Below are positions 8,053-19,548 of a stretch of 64,000 nucleotides of DNA, one piece after another. How positions within the stretch are numbered: position 1 is the first letter of the stretch; each line of letters starts with the position of its first letter. The position numbers and the translations under genes were made by a program. The notes below the pieces were generated by a model. That model was not told the DNA's origin, made no database searches, and worked only from the letters and a program-made list of their open reading frames with translations. Source of the DNA: Bacteroidota bacterium (lineage in GTDB: Bacteria > Bacteroidota > Ignavibacteria > Kryptoniales > JAKASW01); contig JAJYRM010000007.1 in the NCBI GenBank assembly GCA_021794075.1, positions 4,398 to 68,397 on the forward strand. Reading direction: 5' to 3'.

Positions 8053-10520
8053 AATACGACTTCTTGTCAATTGAAAAGAAATGGCAAAAATACTGGGAAG
8101 AAAACAAGGTCTACAGCGTCGATTTCCAGAAGGCGGACGACAAGCTTTATTGTCTTGTTATGTTTCTCTATCCGAGCGCGGATAAGCTTCATATAGGGCA
8201 CTGGTACAATTTTGCTCCCACCGACACATGGGCAAGATTCAAGCGGATGAACGGCTTCAATGTGTTCGAGCCGATCGGATACGACGCGTTCGGACTTCCA
8301 GCCGAGAACTATGCCATAAAGACAGGCGTCCATCCGCAGGACAGCACGCAGAAGAACGTGAATGTCATTCGCGAGCAGCTGAAGACCATGGGGGCCATGT
8401 ACAATTTTGATTATGAAGTCGACACGTCGAAGCCGGAATATTACAGGTGGACGCAGTGGGTGTTCCTGCAGCTTTACAAGATGGGACTCGCTTACCGGAA
8501 GAACGCGCCGGTCAATTGGTGTCCGCAGGATCAGACGGTTCTCGCAAACGAGCAGGTTGTCGATGGTGTTTGCGAGCGTTGTGGAACGGCCGTCGTCAGG
8601 AAAGACATGACCCAGTGGTTTTTTAAGATTACCGACTATGCAGACAAACTGCTCGAAGGACTTGAGCGAATCGACTGGCCTGAACGTACCAAGCTGATGC
8701 AGCGTAACTGGATCGGCAGGAGCGAGGGTGTCGAGATCGTCTTCAAGATTGAAGACTCCGACGAGCTGATACGCGTCTTCACAACGCGGCCGGACACGCT
8801 ATTCGGCGCCACCTACGTGGTGCTCGCGCCGGAGCATGTACTGGTGAAGAAAGTTACGAGGCCTGAATTCAAAACAGAGGTCGACGAGTATGTCGACTTC
8901 GTGGCACACGAGAATGAAATTGAAAGGACCTCTACCTCTAAAGAGAAGACCGGCGTGCCGACGGGCGCGTTCGCGATAAACCCAATCAATGGGGAGAAGA
9001 TACCAATCTGGATTGCCGACTACGTCCTATCGACTTACGGCACGGGCGCGGTCATGGCGGTTCCCGCACACGATGAGAGGGACTTCGATTTCGCGGTTAA
9101 GTACAAACTGCCGATAAGAGTTGTGGTACAACCTGCGAAAGGCAAACTGGACGAGCCCTTGGCAGCCGCATTCACCGACGACGGCGTGGCCGTGAACAGC
9201 GGGCGATTGACCGGGCTTCAATCGGAAAAGGTGTGGGACGGAATCGCAGACGAGCTTCAGAAGACGGGCGCGGGAACGCGCAAGGTGAACTATAGAATTC
9301 GAGATTGGCTCCTCTCCAGGCAGCGTTATTGGGGCGCGCCGATACCGATCGTGTATTGCGATTCGTGCGGCGAAGTCCCCGTGCCAGAAAAGGACCTACC
9401 TGTTCTCCTTCCGTACGATGTCGAGTTCAAGCCGGCAGGAGAGTCACCGCTTGCCAGGTCAGAAAGTTTTGTGAATACGAAATGCCCGAAGTGCGGGAAG
9501 CCGGCGAAACGCGACGTGGATACTATGGATACCTTTGTGGATTCGTCATGGTATTTCCTACGCTATCTTTCGCCGCATCTCGACAAGGCGGCGTTCGACA
9601 AGGAATTGGTTTCCAAATGGCTACCGGTTGACAAGTATGTCGGCGGCGCTGAGCACGCGACAATGCATCTCCTTTACGCGCGATTCGTGATAAAGGCATT
9701 AAAGGACGGAGGCTGGCTCAACTTCGACGAGCCTTTCCAGAGCCTTGTTCACCAGGGAACCATAACCAATCAGGGAGCGAAGATGTCCAAATCCCGCGGA
9801 AACGTTGTCAGTACCGACAAGTTTCTATCGACCTATGGCGCGGACACGTTCCGGATGTTTCTCATGTTCATGGGACCGTATGACGAAGGCGGGGACTGGA
9901 GCGATCGCGGCATAACGGGAGTCTTCAGGTACCTGAATAAAGTGGTTGACGTCTTCGAGGCCGGACAATCGCTGCCGAAATCGACAGCCGCAAAGTTCAA
10001 TATGGATTCTCTTAACGAGAGCGAGCGGACAGTGTACAGGAAGCTGAACCAGCTTATCAAGAAGGTGACAGAAGATCTCGACCATTTTAGATTTAACACC
10101 GCTATCGCCGCTCAGATGGAATTCATGAATACCTACACTCAGATTCTTGCCGACGAGGGAAGCAGTGTGGGGCATGGGCTTCAAGCGCACGTGCTCCGTC
10201 AGATAAACATCCTCCTGGCCCCTTTTGCGCCGCATTTGTCTGAAGAATTGAACGAGATGCGCGGCGGCAAGCCCACCATCTTCTCTTCGGAGAAATGGGT
10301 AACATACGACCAGACCGCGATCGCCGAGGAAAGCGTGACAATCGTGGTGCAGGTGAACGGAAAGGTGCGGGCGAAGCTGAACGTGCCTATCAACTCGACT
10401 GAAGCTGAAATCAAATCAATTGCGGAAAGAGATGAGAACGTCAGCAAGCACCTCGAAGGGAAGAAGATACTGAAGTCCATAGTGGTTCCGAACAAGATTG
10501 TAAACTACGTGGTTGGCTGA
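8049..10520 (+). CDS. leuS: leucine--tRNA ligase
   Basis: 823 aa class I aaRS with a HIGH-type motif (PSADKLHIGH), KMSKS and the conserved CP1 editing region. Confidence 0.97.
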   Translation: MKYDFLSIEKKWQKYWEENKVYSVDFQKADDKLYCLVMFLYPSADKLHIGHWYNFAPTDTWARFKRMNGFNVFEPIGYDAFGLPAENYAIKTGVHPQDSTQKNVNVIREQLKTMGAMYNFDYEVDTSKPEYYRWTQWVFLQLYKMGLAYRKNAPVNWCPQDQTVLANEQVVDGVCERCGTAVVRKDMTQWFFKITDYADKLLEGLERIDWPERTKLMQRNWIGRSEGVEIVFKIEDSDELIRVFTTRPDTLFGATYVVLAPEHVLVKKVTRPEFKTEVDEYVDFVAHENEIERTSTSKEKTGVPTGAFAINPINGEKIPIWIADYVLSTYGTGAVMAVPAHDERDFDFAVKYKLPIRVVVQPAKGKLDEPLAAAFTDDGVAVNSGRLTGLQSEKVWDGIADELQKTGAGTRKVNYRIRDWLLSRQRYWGAPIPIVYCDSCGEVPVPEKDLPVLLPYDVEFKPAGESPLARSESFVNTKCPKCGKPAKRDVDTMDTFVDSSWYFLRYLSPHLDKAAFDKELVSKWLPVDKYVGGAEHATMHLLYARFVIKALKDGGWLNFDEPFQSLVHQGTITNQGAKMSKSRGNVVSTDKFLSTYGADTFRMFLMFMGPYDEGGDWSDRGITGVFRYLNKVVDVFEAGQSLPKSTAAKFNMDSLNESERTVYRKLNQLIKKVTEDLDHFRFNTAIAAQMEFMNTYTQILADEGSSVGHGLQAHVLRQINILLAPFAPHLSEELNEMRGGKPTIFSSEKWVTYDQTAIAEESVTIVVQVNGKVRAKLNVPINSTEAEIKSIAERDENVSKHLEGKKILKSIVVPNKIVNYVVG

Positions 10521-10569
10521 TGGTGACGGCCGAGCGAGTGCGTAATGTATCCTGCTGTCGCGGTAATGG

Positions 10570-11328
10570 ATGTTTGTAATGGAGAAGATCTCCGCGATAA
10601 TCATTGCCGGGAGCGAAGAGAAGAACATTGCCGACTGTCTCGAAAGCGTCCGCTGGGCCGACGAGATCGTCGTGGTTAATTCTGAGAGCACAGACAGAAC
10701 GGTAGAGATAGCGAAGAGATATACGGACAAGGTTTTCATTCGGAATTGGGAAGGTTACGCATCGCAAAAAAACTACTCGCTGGAGAAGGCTAGTAACGAG
10801 TGGGTGCTGAGTCTCGACGCCGACGAGCGTGTTTCGTCGGAACTCCTTGATGAGTTGAAGTCGCTCGATTTCTCAAAAGCGGACGGATTTTTTATTCCGC
10901 GGCGGAATTATTTCCTTAACAAAGTTATAAGAAGCTGCGGTTGGTCGCCGGATTATCAGCTTAGGTTGTTCAGGAAATCGAAGACGACTCTTACTTCAAG
11001 GCGAGTGCATGAGGGCTTTTTCGTCGATGGGAAGCGGGATTATCTTAAGGGTGAGCTTATTCATTATACCCACACATCCATCGTATCGACGCTCCAGAAG
11101 ATAAACGAGTACTCGACACTCGAGGCTGAAGAGAAAGCGGGAAGGATCAGAGTTACAGGTCCGAAAATATTTTTCAAGCCTATGTGGGCGTTCTTTCAGC
11201 ATTTTGTCATCCGACGCGGTTTCACAGACGGCGTTCACGGGCTTATGGTTTCGATAATACACGCGATCACAAAGACACAGGTCTACATGAAAATTTGGGA
11301 AATCCAGAATGCCCGCGCGAAAAGATAA
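10570..11328 (+). CDS. family 2 glycosyltransferase (LPS-core type)
   Basis: 252 aa GT-A fold with SAIIIAGSEEKNI, VVVNSESTDRT and LDADE (DxD). An alternative start at 10579 is possible. Confidence 0.85.
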   Translation: MFVMEKISAIIIAGSEEKNIADCLESVRWADEIVVVNSESTDRTVEIAKRYTDKVFIRNWEGYASQKNYSLEKASNEWVLSLDADERVSSELLDELKSLDFSKADGFFIPRRNYFLNKVIRSCGWSPDYQLRLFRKSKTTLTSRRVHEGFFVDGKRDYLKGELIHYTHTSIVSTLQKINEYSTLEAEEKAGRIRVTGPKIFFKPMWAFFQHFVIRRGFTDGVHGLMVSIIHAITKTQVYMKIWEIQNARAKR

Positions 11329-13189
11329 CTCGTTTAAGATATACCTCAGGCTGCTTCGTTACGTCAAGCCATACAAACGCTTTCTTACCGGTTCGATAAT
11401 CTCCACGATATTCTTCTCGCTTTTTTCAGGTGCCTCGATCTACCTGACGATTCCGCTCCTCGACACTCTATTCAACCAGGGTGCTCCGCAGCCGATGAGT
11501 CTTCCCGCTTCATCGGGTCTACTGGAGCAATTGAAGGCCAGCGTCGCGAACGTATTCAATAGTTTTGTTTTCGGCGGCACAAAGTCAGAGGCGCTTTTCA
11601 AAATATGCTTTGTGATAGTCGTGTCTTTCTTTCTGAAGAATATTTTCGGTTACGTCCAGGCTTATCTGATGGCATTCGTGGAACAGGGACTTATGCGAGA
11701 TATCAGGAACGATTTATATCGTAAATTGCAAGAATTATCCATTGGTTATTTCACCAACGAACGGACGGGAACGCTCATTTCCAGAATCACCAACGACGTT
11801 ACCGTTATCAACAGCGGTATATCGGCGAGCTTCGTCACTATGGTGAGAGATCCATTGATGATAGTTGTCTTTCTCATAATTGCGATTTCGATCAGTTGGA
11901 AGTTGACGCTCATTGCGTTTCTTGTCACTCCGTTCGCGCTCCTGATAATAAGCAGGATTGGCATGCGGCTGTATAAGGAGAGCGACACCTCTCAGCGCAG
12001 AATGGCGGATATCACCTCGACCCTGCAGGAGACGATTAGCGGGATGAAGATCGTCCGGGCGTTCGGTATGGAGGATTTTGAGATCTCCAGGTTCGAGGAC
12101 AACACGCAGAGTTATTTTCGGTCGCTTCTTAAAATTACGCAGATCAGGAACCTCGCTTCACCGATTACGGAGTTTCTGTCGGTGCTTGCCGGCGGTGTGA
12201 TAATTTATTACGGCGGCATGCAGGTGCTTCAATCGGGAGCGCTTTCGCCGAGCGAGTTCATGGGATTTCTTTTTGCGATTTTTCAGATTATGCCGCCGGC
12301 GAAGGAATTGACCACTGTCAGCAACCGCATACAGGAATCTGCCGCCGCGGGGAAGAGGATATTTGATGTCCTTGATGAAGAGGGGAAGCTCCCTGAGCCT
12401 CCGGACGCGGTGGAGCTCAGAGATTTTGACCGTGAAATAAAATTTGAGAACGTTTGGTTCAGCTATCCTCAATCGAAGATCGGGGAATTGAAAACTACGG
12501 CCGATGAATTCGTCCTTAAGGATATTAACTTCTCTGTGAAAAAGGGGGAAGTTCTCGCGATAGTCGGACCTTCCGGCGGAGGCAAGTCGACGCTCATCGA
12601 CCTGATACCAAGGTTCTATGATCCGACAAAGGGCGCCGTTTCTATCGATAGCCGGGACATAAGGAGTGTGCAAACGAAAAGTCTCCGTGCCCTGATTGGA
12701 ATTGTTTCGCAGGAGACAATCCTTTTCAACGACACCGTGAAAAACAATATTGCCTATGGTCTTGCCGACTGTCCGACGGAAAAACTCGAGGAGGCCGCGA
12801 AGGCGGGTAACGCGCACGATTTTATCATGCAACTTCCTAAAGGTTATAACACGGTAATTGGAGAACGCGGCACGAAACTCTCCGGCGGACAGCGACAACG
12901 CATTTCAATCGCGAGGGCGCTTCTGAAGAATCCGCCGATCATGATATTCGATGAGGCAACTTCAGCGCTCGATTCGGAATCGGAGTTACTGGTACAGGAA
13001 GCGATTGAAAGACTGATGCAGAACAGGACTTCACTCGTGATAGCGCATAGGCTATCGACGATCAAGCATGCAGACAGGATAATTGTCATAAGCGGCGGCG
13101 AGATCGTTCAATCCGGGAAACATGAAGAGCTCCTCCGAAAGAGGGGCGGATTGTATAAGAAGCTTTACGAGATGCAGTTCAGTGACTGA
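11309..13189 (+). CDS. ABC exporter, fused permease/ATPase (MsbA-like)
   Basis: 626 aa with a 6-TM N-terminal domain, Walker A GPSGGGKST, signature LSGGQRQR and Walker B IMIFDEATSALD. Overlaps the GT2 gene by 20 nt. Confidence 0.9.
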   Translation: MPARKDNSFKIYLRLLRYVKPYKRFLTGSIISTIFFSLFSGASIYLTIPLLDTLFNQGAPQPMSLPASSGLLEQLKASVANVFNSFVFGGTKSEALFKICFVIVVSFFLKNIFGYVQAYLMAFVEQGLMRDIRNDLYRKLQELSIGYFTNERTGTLISRITNDVTVINSGISASFVTMVRDPLMIVVFLIIAISISWKLTLIAFLVTPFALLIISRIGMRLYKESDTSQRRMADITSTLQETISGMKIVRAFGMEDFEISRFEDNTQSYFRSLLKITQIRNLASPITEFLSVLAGGVIIYYGGMQVLQSGALSPSEFMGFLFAIFQIMPPAKELTTVSNRIQESAAAGKRIFDVLDEEGKLPEPPDAVELRDFDREIKFENVWFSYPQSKIGELKTTADEFVLKDINFSVKKGEVLAIVGPSGGGKSTLIDLIPRFYDPTKGAVSIDSRDIRSVQTKSLRALIGIVSQETILFNDTVKNNIAYGLADCPTEKLEEAAKAGNAHDFIMQLPKGYNTVIGERGTKLSGGQRQRISIARALLKNPPIMIFDEATSALDSESELLVQEAIERLMQNRTSLVIAHRLSTIKHADRIIVISGGEIVQSGKHEELLRKRGGLYKKLYEMQFSD

Positions 13190-13215
13190 AATGCGATCAG
13201 CTTGCAAGCGCCGCT

Positions 13216-14682
13216 TTGACGAAAAAGGCTCGCCTGAAAAGAGGTGATTACCAGTTGACAGACCTTCTTCGGGCACTGAAAGTCAGGGATATAGTTCTAT
13301 TCAATGTCGTCGCCATAGTCGGCATCAGGTGGATATCAATCGCAGCTTCGACGGGGCCGAGTTCTATTTCTCTTTGGTTGCTCGCCCTCGTTCTTTTCTT
13401 TCTCCCGCAGGCCGTCGCCGTGATTTACCTCAGCAAGAAGCATCCGGTCGAAGGAGGAGTCTACGAATGGGCAAAGATAGAGTTTGGAGAGTTCCATGGA
13501 TTCGTCGCGGGGTGGTGCTATTGGGCAAATAACCTGGTCTATTATCCTTCACTCCTAATTTCTGTCGCCGCAATAGCAGCCTTTATCATACCCGGTTCAT
13601 CATGGCTGGCGTCGAACAAGATTTTCATTGCAGTCGTAAGCCTCATTATCCTCTGGGTAGCGATCGGTTTCAATGTCGTCGGCGTGAAGATTGGGAAGTG
13701 GGTGCAGAATATCGGAGCCATCGGGACGTTTGGGCCTATTCTGATTCTCGCGATACTGGCCGCGATCATCGTGCATCTCGGGAAATCGGCCACTCACTTC
13801 ACCCTACTGAACGTCCTTCCGACGAAGTTCGATTACGGGACCGTCTCCTTCTGGTCTAGTATGTGTTTCGCGCTCGCTGGGCTTGAACTCGCCGCCGTGA
13901 TGTCGGGGGAGATAGTCGATGCCGGAAGGACGATACAGAAGGCGACCTACATTTCCGGCGTTGCCATCGTCGTAGTTTACCTCGTGGGCACAATCTCGCT
14001 GCTGATAGGATTGGCGCCGAAAGATGTTAACATCGTCACCGGGCTCGTGGAGTCTATTCACGCGCTTGAACTCAAGACCGGCCTCGCATATCTTTCAAAT
14101 CTCAGCGCCTTTCTTATAACGCTAGCCGGCATCGGCGGGGCGGGCGCATGGCTCGCGGGAAGCGCAAGGATACTCTTTGTGACGGGTATAGACAATTTTC
14201 TCCCAAAGACCTTCGCCAAAGTCCATCCTAAATGGAAAACCCCGCATGTTGCTTTGATATTCCAGGGAGTGGTCGCGACGCTGTTCTTAATCATGAGTTT
14301 TGTTGGGGCCTCTACCGAAGAAGCATACCTTGTACTCGTCGACGCGACGATAATCGTTTACTTTATTCCGTACGTTTACATTTTCCTTGCGTCGATTCGA
14401 ATTTTCAGGCGGGAGGCAGGTGGAATAAGCAGGAGCGCGCTTGCGTTAAGAGTTGGCGCGAGCGCGGTAGGTGAAATAACAACGATAACTGCGATAGTGC
14501 TAACGCTCTTTCCACCGGAAGCAGGCGGAAATCCGATTATCTTCATCATGAAAACTCTCGGCGGGTCGCTACTCTTTGTGGCCATTGGCATTATTATCTT
14601 CTGGTACGCGAAACGCAAGAATCCCGGAAGCGGAACCCCGGACGATAAGGTGGAACTGAGAAGCAACGGAATGGCCGCTTAG
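13216..14682 (+). CDS. APC-superfamily amino acid/polyamine permease
   Basis: 488 aa with about 12 hydrophobic helices and an APC-like N-terminus (LFNVVAIVGIRWI). TTG start. Confidence 0.8.
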   Translation: MTKKARLKRGDYQLTDLLRALKVRDIVLFNVVAIVGIRWISIAASTGPSSISLWLLALVLFFLPQAVAVIYLSKKHPVEGGVYEWAKIEFGEFHGFVAGWCYWANNLVYYPSLLISVAAIAAFIIPGSSWLASNKIFIAVVSLIILWVAIGFNVVGVKIGKWVQNIGAIGTFGPILILAILAAIIVHLGKSATHFTLLNVLPTKFDYGTVSFWSSMCFALAGLELAAVMSGEIVDAGRTIQKATYISGVAIVVVYLVGTISLLIGLAPKDVNIVTGLVESIHALELKTGLAYLSNLSAFLITLAGIGGAGAWLAGSARILFVTGIDNFLPKTFAKVHPKWKTPHVALIFQGVVATLFLIMSFVGASTEEAYLVLVDATIIVYFIPYVYIFLASIRIFRREAGGISRSALALRVGASAVGEITTITAIVLTLFPPEAGGNPIIFIMKTLGGSLLFVAIGIIIFWYAKRKNPGSGTPDDKVELRSNGMAA

Positions 14683-14746
14683 GAAGTTTGCGAATCAAAC
14701 TCGCACTACAATATGATACCCGACTTTAACCGATCAGGATATATAC

Positions 14747-16588
14747 ATGGATCTTAGAAATCGACTCAATGAAAGCGAGAGTCCGTATCTGAAGGAGGCT
14801 GCGCGCCAGCCTGTTCATTGGCAGATTTATTCAGAAGAAGTATTCAAGCTAGCGCGAGAACTAGATCGTCCGATCCTTTTGGATATCGGCGCGGTCTGGT
14901 GCCATTGGTGTCACGTGATGGATAATGAATCGTACACTGATCCTCAAGTGGCGGAACTCATAAACAGTTTGTTCATACCGGTTAAAGTAGACCGAGACCA
15001 GATGCCCGACGTCGACGCGAGGTACCAGAGCGCCGTCAGCGCGATCACTGGCGGAGGGGGATGGCCATTGACAGGATTCCTTACTCCGGACGGAAAGGTG
15101 TTCTACGGCGGTACTTATTTCCCGAAAACAGATCAGCAGGGGAGGCCCGGCCTTATTTCACTCTTACCGCAGATAGCTGATATTTACGCCAAGAGGCGGG
15201 ATGATGTTCTGAAGAGCGCCGACGAAGTTATGCAGTACCTTCGCGAGTTTGAATCGAAGACTTCTCGCGCCGGCAAGATAGACGAGGAGATAATAGACAC
15301 GATTGTGAAATCGGCGGTAGACAAATTCGACCCGGAATTCGGCGGATTCGGGACGGCTCCGAAGTTCTTTAATGCTACAATGCTGCGTCTCCTCGCTGAA
15401 GAGGTCGGACGAACTCGTGATCCGAACCTTCGAAAGACGGTGGATGTGTCCCTGGATCGGATCGCTCAGGGCGGGGTATATGATCAAATCGGAGGAGGCT
15501 TTCACAGGTACTCTGTCGACCGGTATTGGCACGTTCCGCATTTTGAAAAAATGCTTTATGATAACGCGCTTCTTTTGTCGGTCTATTTGAAAAACTACGA
15601 AGTAACGAAAAACGAACTTCATGGCAATATCGCGAGGGAAACAGCCGACTGGATTATCAATGTCATGCGCCAGCTGCGCGGAGCGTTCTTCGCACACCAG
15701 GACGCGGATGTTGGTCCTCATGACGACGGAAGTTACTGGACCTGGACCGAGGAAGAGGCGCGTCGGATACTTACTGAGGATGAGTTCAAAGCTTCGGCCC
15801 CGTATTTTGATATAAGAAAATTGCCTGAAGATATTCAGGAATCCCCGGAGCGGAATGTCCTTAGGATCGCGGTAACTCCCGCGAGTATCGCTTCAGAAAC
15901 TGGGATCACGGAAAAAGATGTTAGGAGTCTCCTGGAATCGGCGAAGGCGAAGATGGCACAAGCGCGTGCCGCTAGAAAAGCGCCTTTTATAGACTCGACC
16001 ATTTTGGCGGACAGAAACGGTCTGGCCATCAGCGCGCTTGTAGAGGCGTCACTCACGCTGAAGGAGAAAAGATACTTGGAGGCCGCGTACTCTGCTTCTG
16101 AATTTGTCTCGAAAAACATGATAGACGAAAAAGGTGAAGTGGCGCATGCGTGGTCTGGCAACTCAATCGTTTATCATGGGCTCCTCGACGACCAGGTCTA
16201 TTTCGGGATTGCCCTTCTCGACCTGTTTGACGCGATGCGGAATGACGACCACCTTGCTGCTGCGGAGAGGATTGGTCAGGTTCTGCTGGATGATTATGAA
16301 GATAAGAAAGCGGGCGGTTTCTTCGACAGACCATCGGGGAGGAAAGGAGAGGGGCTACTTGGTACGAAGAAAAAGCCCATTGACGATACGCCAACACCAT
16401 CGGGGAATTCCGGCGCAGCGATCCTGTTTGATCGACTTTTCGCGGTTACCGAGAACAAAGAATACTATGCGGTAGCGGAGAGAACGTTGGAAGCTTTTGC
16501 GGGCTCGGCGGACACGCTCGGGTTTTATGTCGCCAATTACGCCAGAGCGCTACGTTTGCATTTCGGGATGCGTAAGAACGTGAGATAG
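14747..16588 (+). CDS. thioredoxin-domain protein (DUF255 / YyaL family, N-acylglucosamine-epimerase-like C-terminal domain)
   Basis: 613 aa. The N-terminus has SPYLKEAARQPVHWQ and WCHWCHVM, typical of DUF255. The C-terminus is an alpha/alpha-toroid-like region. Confidence 0.85.
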   Translation: MDLRNRLNESESPYLKEAARQPVHWQIYSEEVFKLARELDRPILLDIGAVWCHWCHVMDNESYTDPQVAELINSLFIPVKVDRDQMPDVDARYQSAVSAITGGGGWPLTGFLTPDGKVFYGGTYFPKTDQQGRPGLISLLPQIADIYAKRRDDVLKSADEVMQYLREFESKTSRAGKIDEEIIDTIVKSAVDKFDPEFGGFGTAPKFFNATMLRLLAEEVGRTRDPNLRKTVDVSLDRIAQGGVYDQIGGGFHRYSVDRYWHVPHFEKMLYDNALLLSVYLKNYEVTKNELHGNIARETADWIINVMRQLRGAFFAHQDADVGPHDDGSYWTWTEEEARRILTEDEFKASAPYFDIRKLPEDIQESPERNVLRIAVTPASIASETGITEKDVRSLLESAKAKMAQARAARKAPFIDSTILADRNGLAISALVEASLTLKEKRYLEAAYSASEFVSKNMIDEKGEVAHAWSGNSIVYHGLLDDQVYFGIALLDLFDAMRNDDHLAAAERIGQVLLDDYEDKKAGGFFDRPSGRKGEGLLGTKKKPIDDTPTPSGNSGAAILFDRLFAVTENKEYYAVAERTLEAFAGSADTLGFYVANYARALRLHFGMRKNVR

Positions 16589-16637
16589 TTCCCGCGAATG
16601 AAAGGTCCGGGCATCATTTATGGAGGCGATGGAAAGC

Positions 16638-16886
16638 TCAACCGTTATTTTCCCCCTCGATGAGGGGAGCAAGCACTTCTCTAGCTTTCTTCGCGTCGTT
16701 CTCGTCTACAAAAAAGTCAACGTTGCCTAATCCCGGGATCGGATATACCGACGCGACGCTTTCGTTCTTGGTGAAGTATTCGATCTCCTCCTGTTGCAAT
16801 ATCATCTTTGCGGTAATTACATCGGCTTGGATGAATGAGCTGAAGACTTTAACGGGAGGGGAGTGTCGGTTGCCTGTTGGGTTCAT
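16638..16886 (-). CDS. small DUF2007-like protein
   Basis: 82 aa ending in the pattern FFVDENDAKKAREVL. Overlaps the upstream PLP enzyme stop by 4 nt. Confidence 0.55.
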   Translation of the reverse strand: MNPTGNRHSPPVKVFSSFIQADVITAKMILQQEEIEYFTKNESVASVYPIPGLGNVDFFVDENDAKKAREVLAPLIEGENNG

Positions 16887-18043
16887 ACCTTTTCGAGCGC
16901 ATTCTTGAAATCAACTATAAGGTCGTCGGTGTTCTCCAGCCCTATCGAGATTCTAACCATCCCTTCGGAAACATGCGCTGATTTCAATTCATCGGAGCTC
17001 ATTTTAATATGGCTGGTTAGAACCGGAATGCTTACGAGGGTCTCGACTCCGCCGAGGCTAGTCGCGTTCAGACCAAGTTCGAGGCTGTCGCAGAATTTCT
17101 TCGCGGACGCGAGGTTATCCAACTCGATGCATAGCATGCCGCCGAATCCGGTCATTTGCTTCCTCGCGATCTTGTAACTTTTGGAAGAGGGAAGCCCGGG
17201 ATAATAAACGTTAAGCACCTTTTTCTGTCGCAGGAAGAACTGTGCGATTCGCTGCGCGCTCCTGTTCTGTTGCTCAACCCGGACGGCGAGAGTCTTCAGG
17301 CTCCTGTCGAGCATGTATGCGTCCATTGGGTTGATGCAGCCGCCGAACGCCTTCAGGCTTTCCCTTACTGCTCTGATCATTTCTTTGGAAGATGCGACCG
17401 CGCCTGCCATGATGTCGCTGTGGCCGCCGATGTACTTGGTGGCGCTATGCACGACAACGTCGACACCGAGGTCCAGCGGATTCTGGTTTATTGGGGAGGC
17501 GAAAGTATTATCCATTATTGTCAGGGCGCCGGCTTTCTTCGCCGAATGCACCGTCTTCTCTATGGAGATGCAATCGGTGCTGGGATTTATCGGAGTTTCA
17601 AAATAATAGAGCTTCACGTCGGAAAATTTTTTGTGGGCGCGATAGAGATCCACTTCATCGACGAACTCAACGTTAATGCCGAACCCTGGAAGTATATCGC
17701 GAAGGAACCTGTAAGTCATTCCGTACAACCGACGCAGTGCGACGATAGTGTCTCCTTTTTTAACGAAAGCGAGAATTGCCGATGTTATTGCCGCCATGCC
17801 GCTTGAGAAGACAATGGCATCTTCCGCGTTCTCGAGCGCTGCGATTTTTTCTTCGACGTTTCTAACCGTTGGATTGGAGTAGCGAGAATAAATATAGAAT
17901 TCTTCTTCGTCTCCGATGAACTTATCGTACTCGTCGCTCTTTGCGACGGCGAATGTGGTGCTGGTGTAAATAGGGAAGTTAGCCCCGCGGTAAAGGTTGT
18001 CCTTCCTTCCGTGAATTGATTTGGTAGCCTTGTCTCTGGTCAA
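16883..18043 (-). CDS. Cys/Met-metabolism PLP-dependent enzyme (cystathionine gamma-synthase / beta-lyase / methionine gamma-lyase family)
   Basis: 386 aa with [15 protein letters not shown] and the PLP-lysine motif [12 protein letters not shown]. Confidence 0.88.
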   Translation of the reverse strand: MTRDKATKSIHGRKDNLYRGANFPIYTSTTFAVAKSDEYDKFIGDEEEFYIYSRYSNPTVRNVEEKIAALENAEDAIVFSSGMAAITSAILAFVKKGDTIVALRRLYGMTYRFLRDILPGFGINVEFVDEVDLYRAHKKFSDVKLYYFETPINPSTDCISIEKTVHSAKKAGALTIMDNTFASPINQNPLDLGVDVVVHSATKYIGGHSDIMAGAVASSKEMIRAVRESLKAFGGCINPMDAYMLDRSLKTLAVRVEQQNRSAQRIAQFFLRQKKVLNVYYPGLPSSKSYKIARKQMTGFGGMLCIELDNLASAKKFCDSLELGLNATSLGGVETLVSIPVLTSHIKMSSDELKSAHVSEGMVRISIGLENTDDLIVDFKNALEKV

Positions 18044-18780
18044 TGCTCGGTCTCCTTAAGAATCTCCAACATCTCCTTCACGGCCCGTTCGAGCCCGACA
18101 AACACAGCATGCCCGATTAATGAATGTCCGATGCTGAATTCTTCAATCTCGTCAATCATCGCGACGGCTTTAAGATTTCTGTAATTAAGTCCGTGTCCGG
18201 CATTCACCTTCAGCCCGATCTTATATGCGGCCTGTGCCGCTTTCCTCAATCGCGCGAGCTCTGCAACGGCTTTTTTTCCCCTGGCGTTGGCATATTCCCC
18301 GGTGTGGAGTTCAACGAAATCAGCGCCCGCCTTTTCTGAAGCAGCGATCTGCTCTTTGACTGGGTCGATAAAGAGACTCACGAGTATGTTCTTCTTGTGC
18401 AATTTGTCAGTTACGCTCTTGAAATGCGATAACTGAGAGGCGACGTCGAGCCCCCCTTCGGTTGTCAGCTCCTGCCTCTTTTCCGGGACTAATGTTACGA
18501 GATCTGGAACTACATCGAGAGCGATGTTAACGATCTCTTCGGTCGCGGCCATTTCGAGGTCCAGCTTCGTCTTCAGCATTCTTCTGAGAAGGTAGACATC
18601 GCTGTCCTGAATGTGTCTCCTGTCTTCCCTAAGGTGGCTGACGATGCCTGCGGCGCCGGCAACCTCGGCAACCAAAGCAGCGGTTACCGGATCGGGCTCG
18701 TTTTCGCCACGGGCTTGCCGGAGTGTAGCAACATGATCGATGTTGACTGATAGTTTTTTCATCCTTGAGTTCCTTTGCAA
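18040..18780 (-). CDS. pdxJ: pyridoxine 5'-phosphate synthase
   Basis: 246 aa with [25 protein letters not shown] and VELHTG. Confidence 0.93.
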   Translation of the reverse strand: MQRNSRMKKLSVNIDHVATLRQARGENEPDPVTAALVAEVAGAAGIVSHLREDRRHIQDSDVYLLRRMLKTKLDLEMAATEEIVNIALDVVPDLVTLVPEKRQELTTEGGLDVASQLSHFKSVTDKLHKKNILVSLFIDPVKEQIAASEKAGADFVELHTGEYANARGKKAVAELARLRKAAQAAYKIGLKVNAGHGLNYRNLKAVAMIDEIEEFSIGHSLIGHAVFVGLERAVKEMLEILKETEH

Positions 18781-19548
18781 TTACTGACTCTCGATGACGC
18801 CGGACGGTGCATGCTGACGCCATACTTCGTAACAGATAATCCCTGTAGCCACGGAAACATTGAGCGAGTCAATTTTACCAATTTGGGGAATAGAGAAAGT
18901 GATATCGGATTTCTCTCTGAGCAGCCGCTTGACGCCGCTCCCTTCGTTTCCCACGATAACCGCTGTCGGCATATTAAAATCGACATCGGTGATGGCGAGT
19001 GGAGACTTCCCGGCGCTGGTGGCGATCCAGTATCCTTTTTCCTTTAGAAAGGTTATGGCTTGATGAAGGTTGGTCTCTCTCGCGATCTTCAAATGGAACG
19101 CTCCGCCCGCAGAAGTCTTAACGGTCGTCTCGTTTATTGGAGCCTGCTCTTCGCGCTGGACGATCACGCCGTCAGCCCCAAAGAAAGCGGCGGTCCTGAG
19201 TATGGCGCCGAAATTCTGTGTGTCCTGGATCCGGTCGAGTATAAGAATGAAAGGGTGTTTCTTCCCGGAAGCAGATTCGACTATCGATTCAATGGTTTCA
19301 AACCGAATCTTACTCACCGCGGCAACGATGCCTTGAGCGGATTCGTCTGCGGAAAGATGTGATGTCAGCTCAGCGAACTGCTTTGAGTCGACGCGCGCGA
19401 TTGGAACGCCCTGACGCTTCGCAAGCGTGTATATCTCGTTGAGATTTCCGCCGTGCGCTGAATAAAGGACGTATATTTTCGAAATGTTGGCGCCGCTCTT
19501 TAATGCTTCTGCGACTGCGTTACGACCGACGATTCTATCCTCAGCCAA
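18781..19548 (-). CDS. rlmB: 23S rRNA (guanosine-2'-O)-methyltransferase, RlmB/TrmH family
   Basis: 255 aa with an N-terminal substrate-binding domain (GRNAVAEAL) and a SPOUT domain (LDRIQDTQNFGAILRTA, VIVGNEGSGV, SLNVSVATGI). Confidence 0.85.
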   Translation of the reverse strand: MAEDRIVGRNAVAEALKSGANISKIYVLYSAHGGNLNEIYTLAKRQGVPIARVDSKQFAELTSHLSADESAQGIVAAVSKIRFETIESIVESASGKKHPFILILDRIQDTQNFGAILRTAAFFGADGVIVQREEQAPINETTVKTSAGGAFHLKIARETNLHQAITFLKEKGYWIATSAGKSPLAITDVDFNMPTAVIVGNEGSGVKRLLREKSDITFSIPQIGKIDSLNVSVATGIICYEVWRQHAPSGVIESQ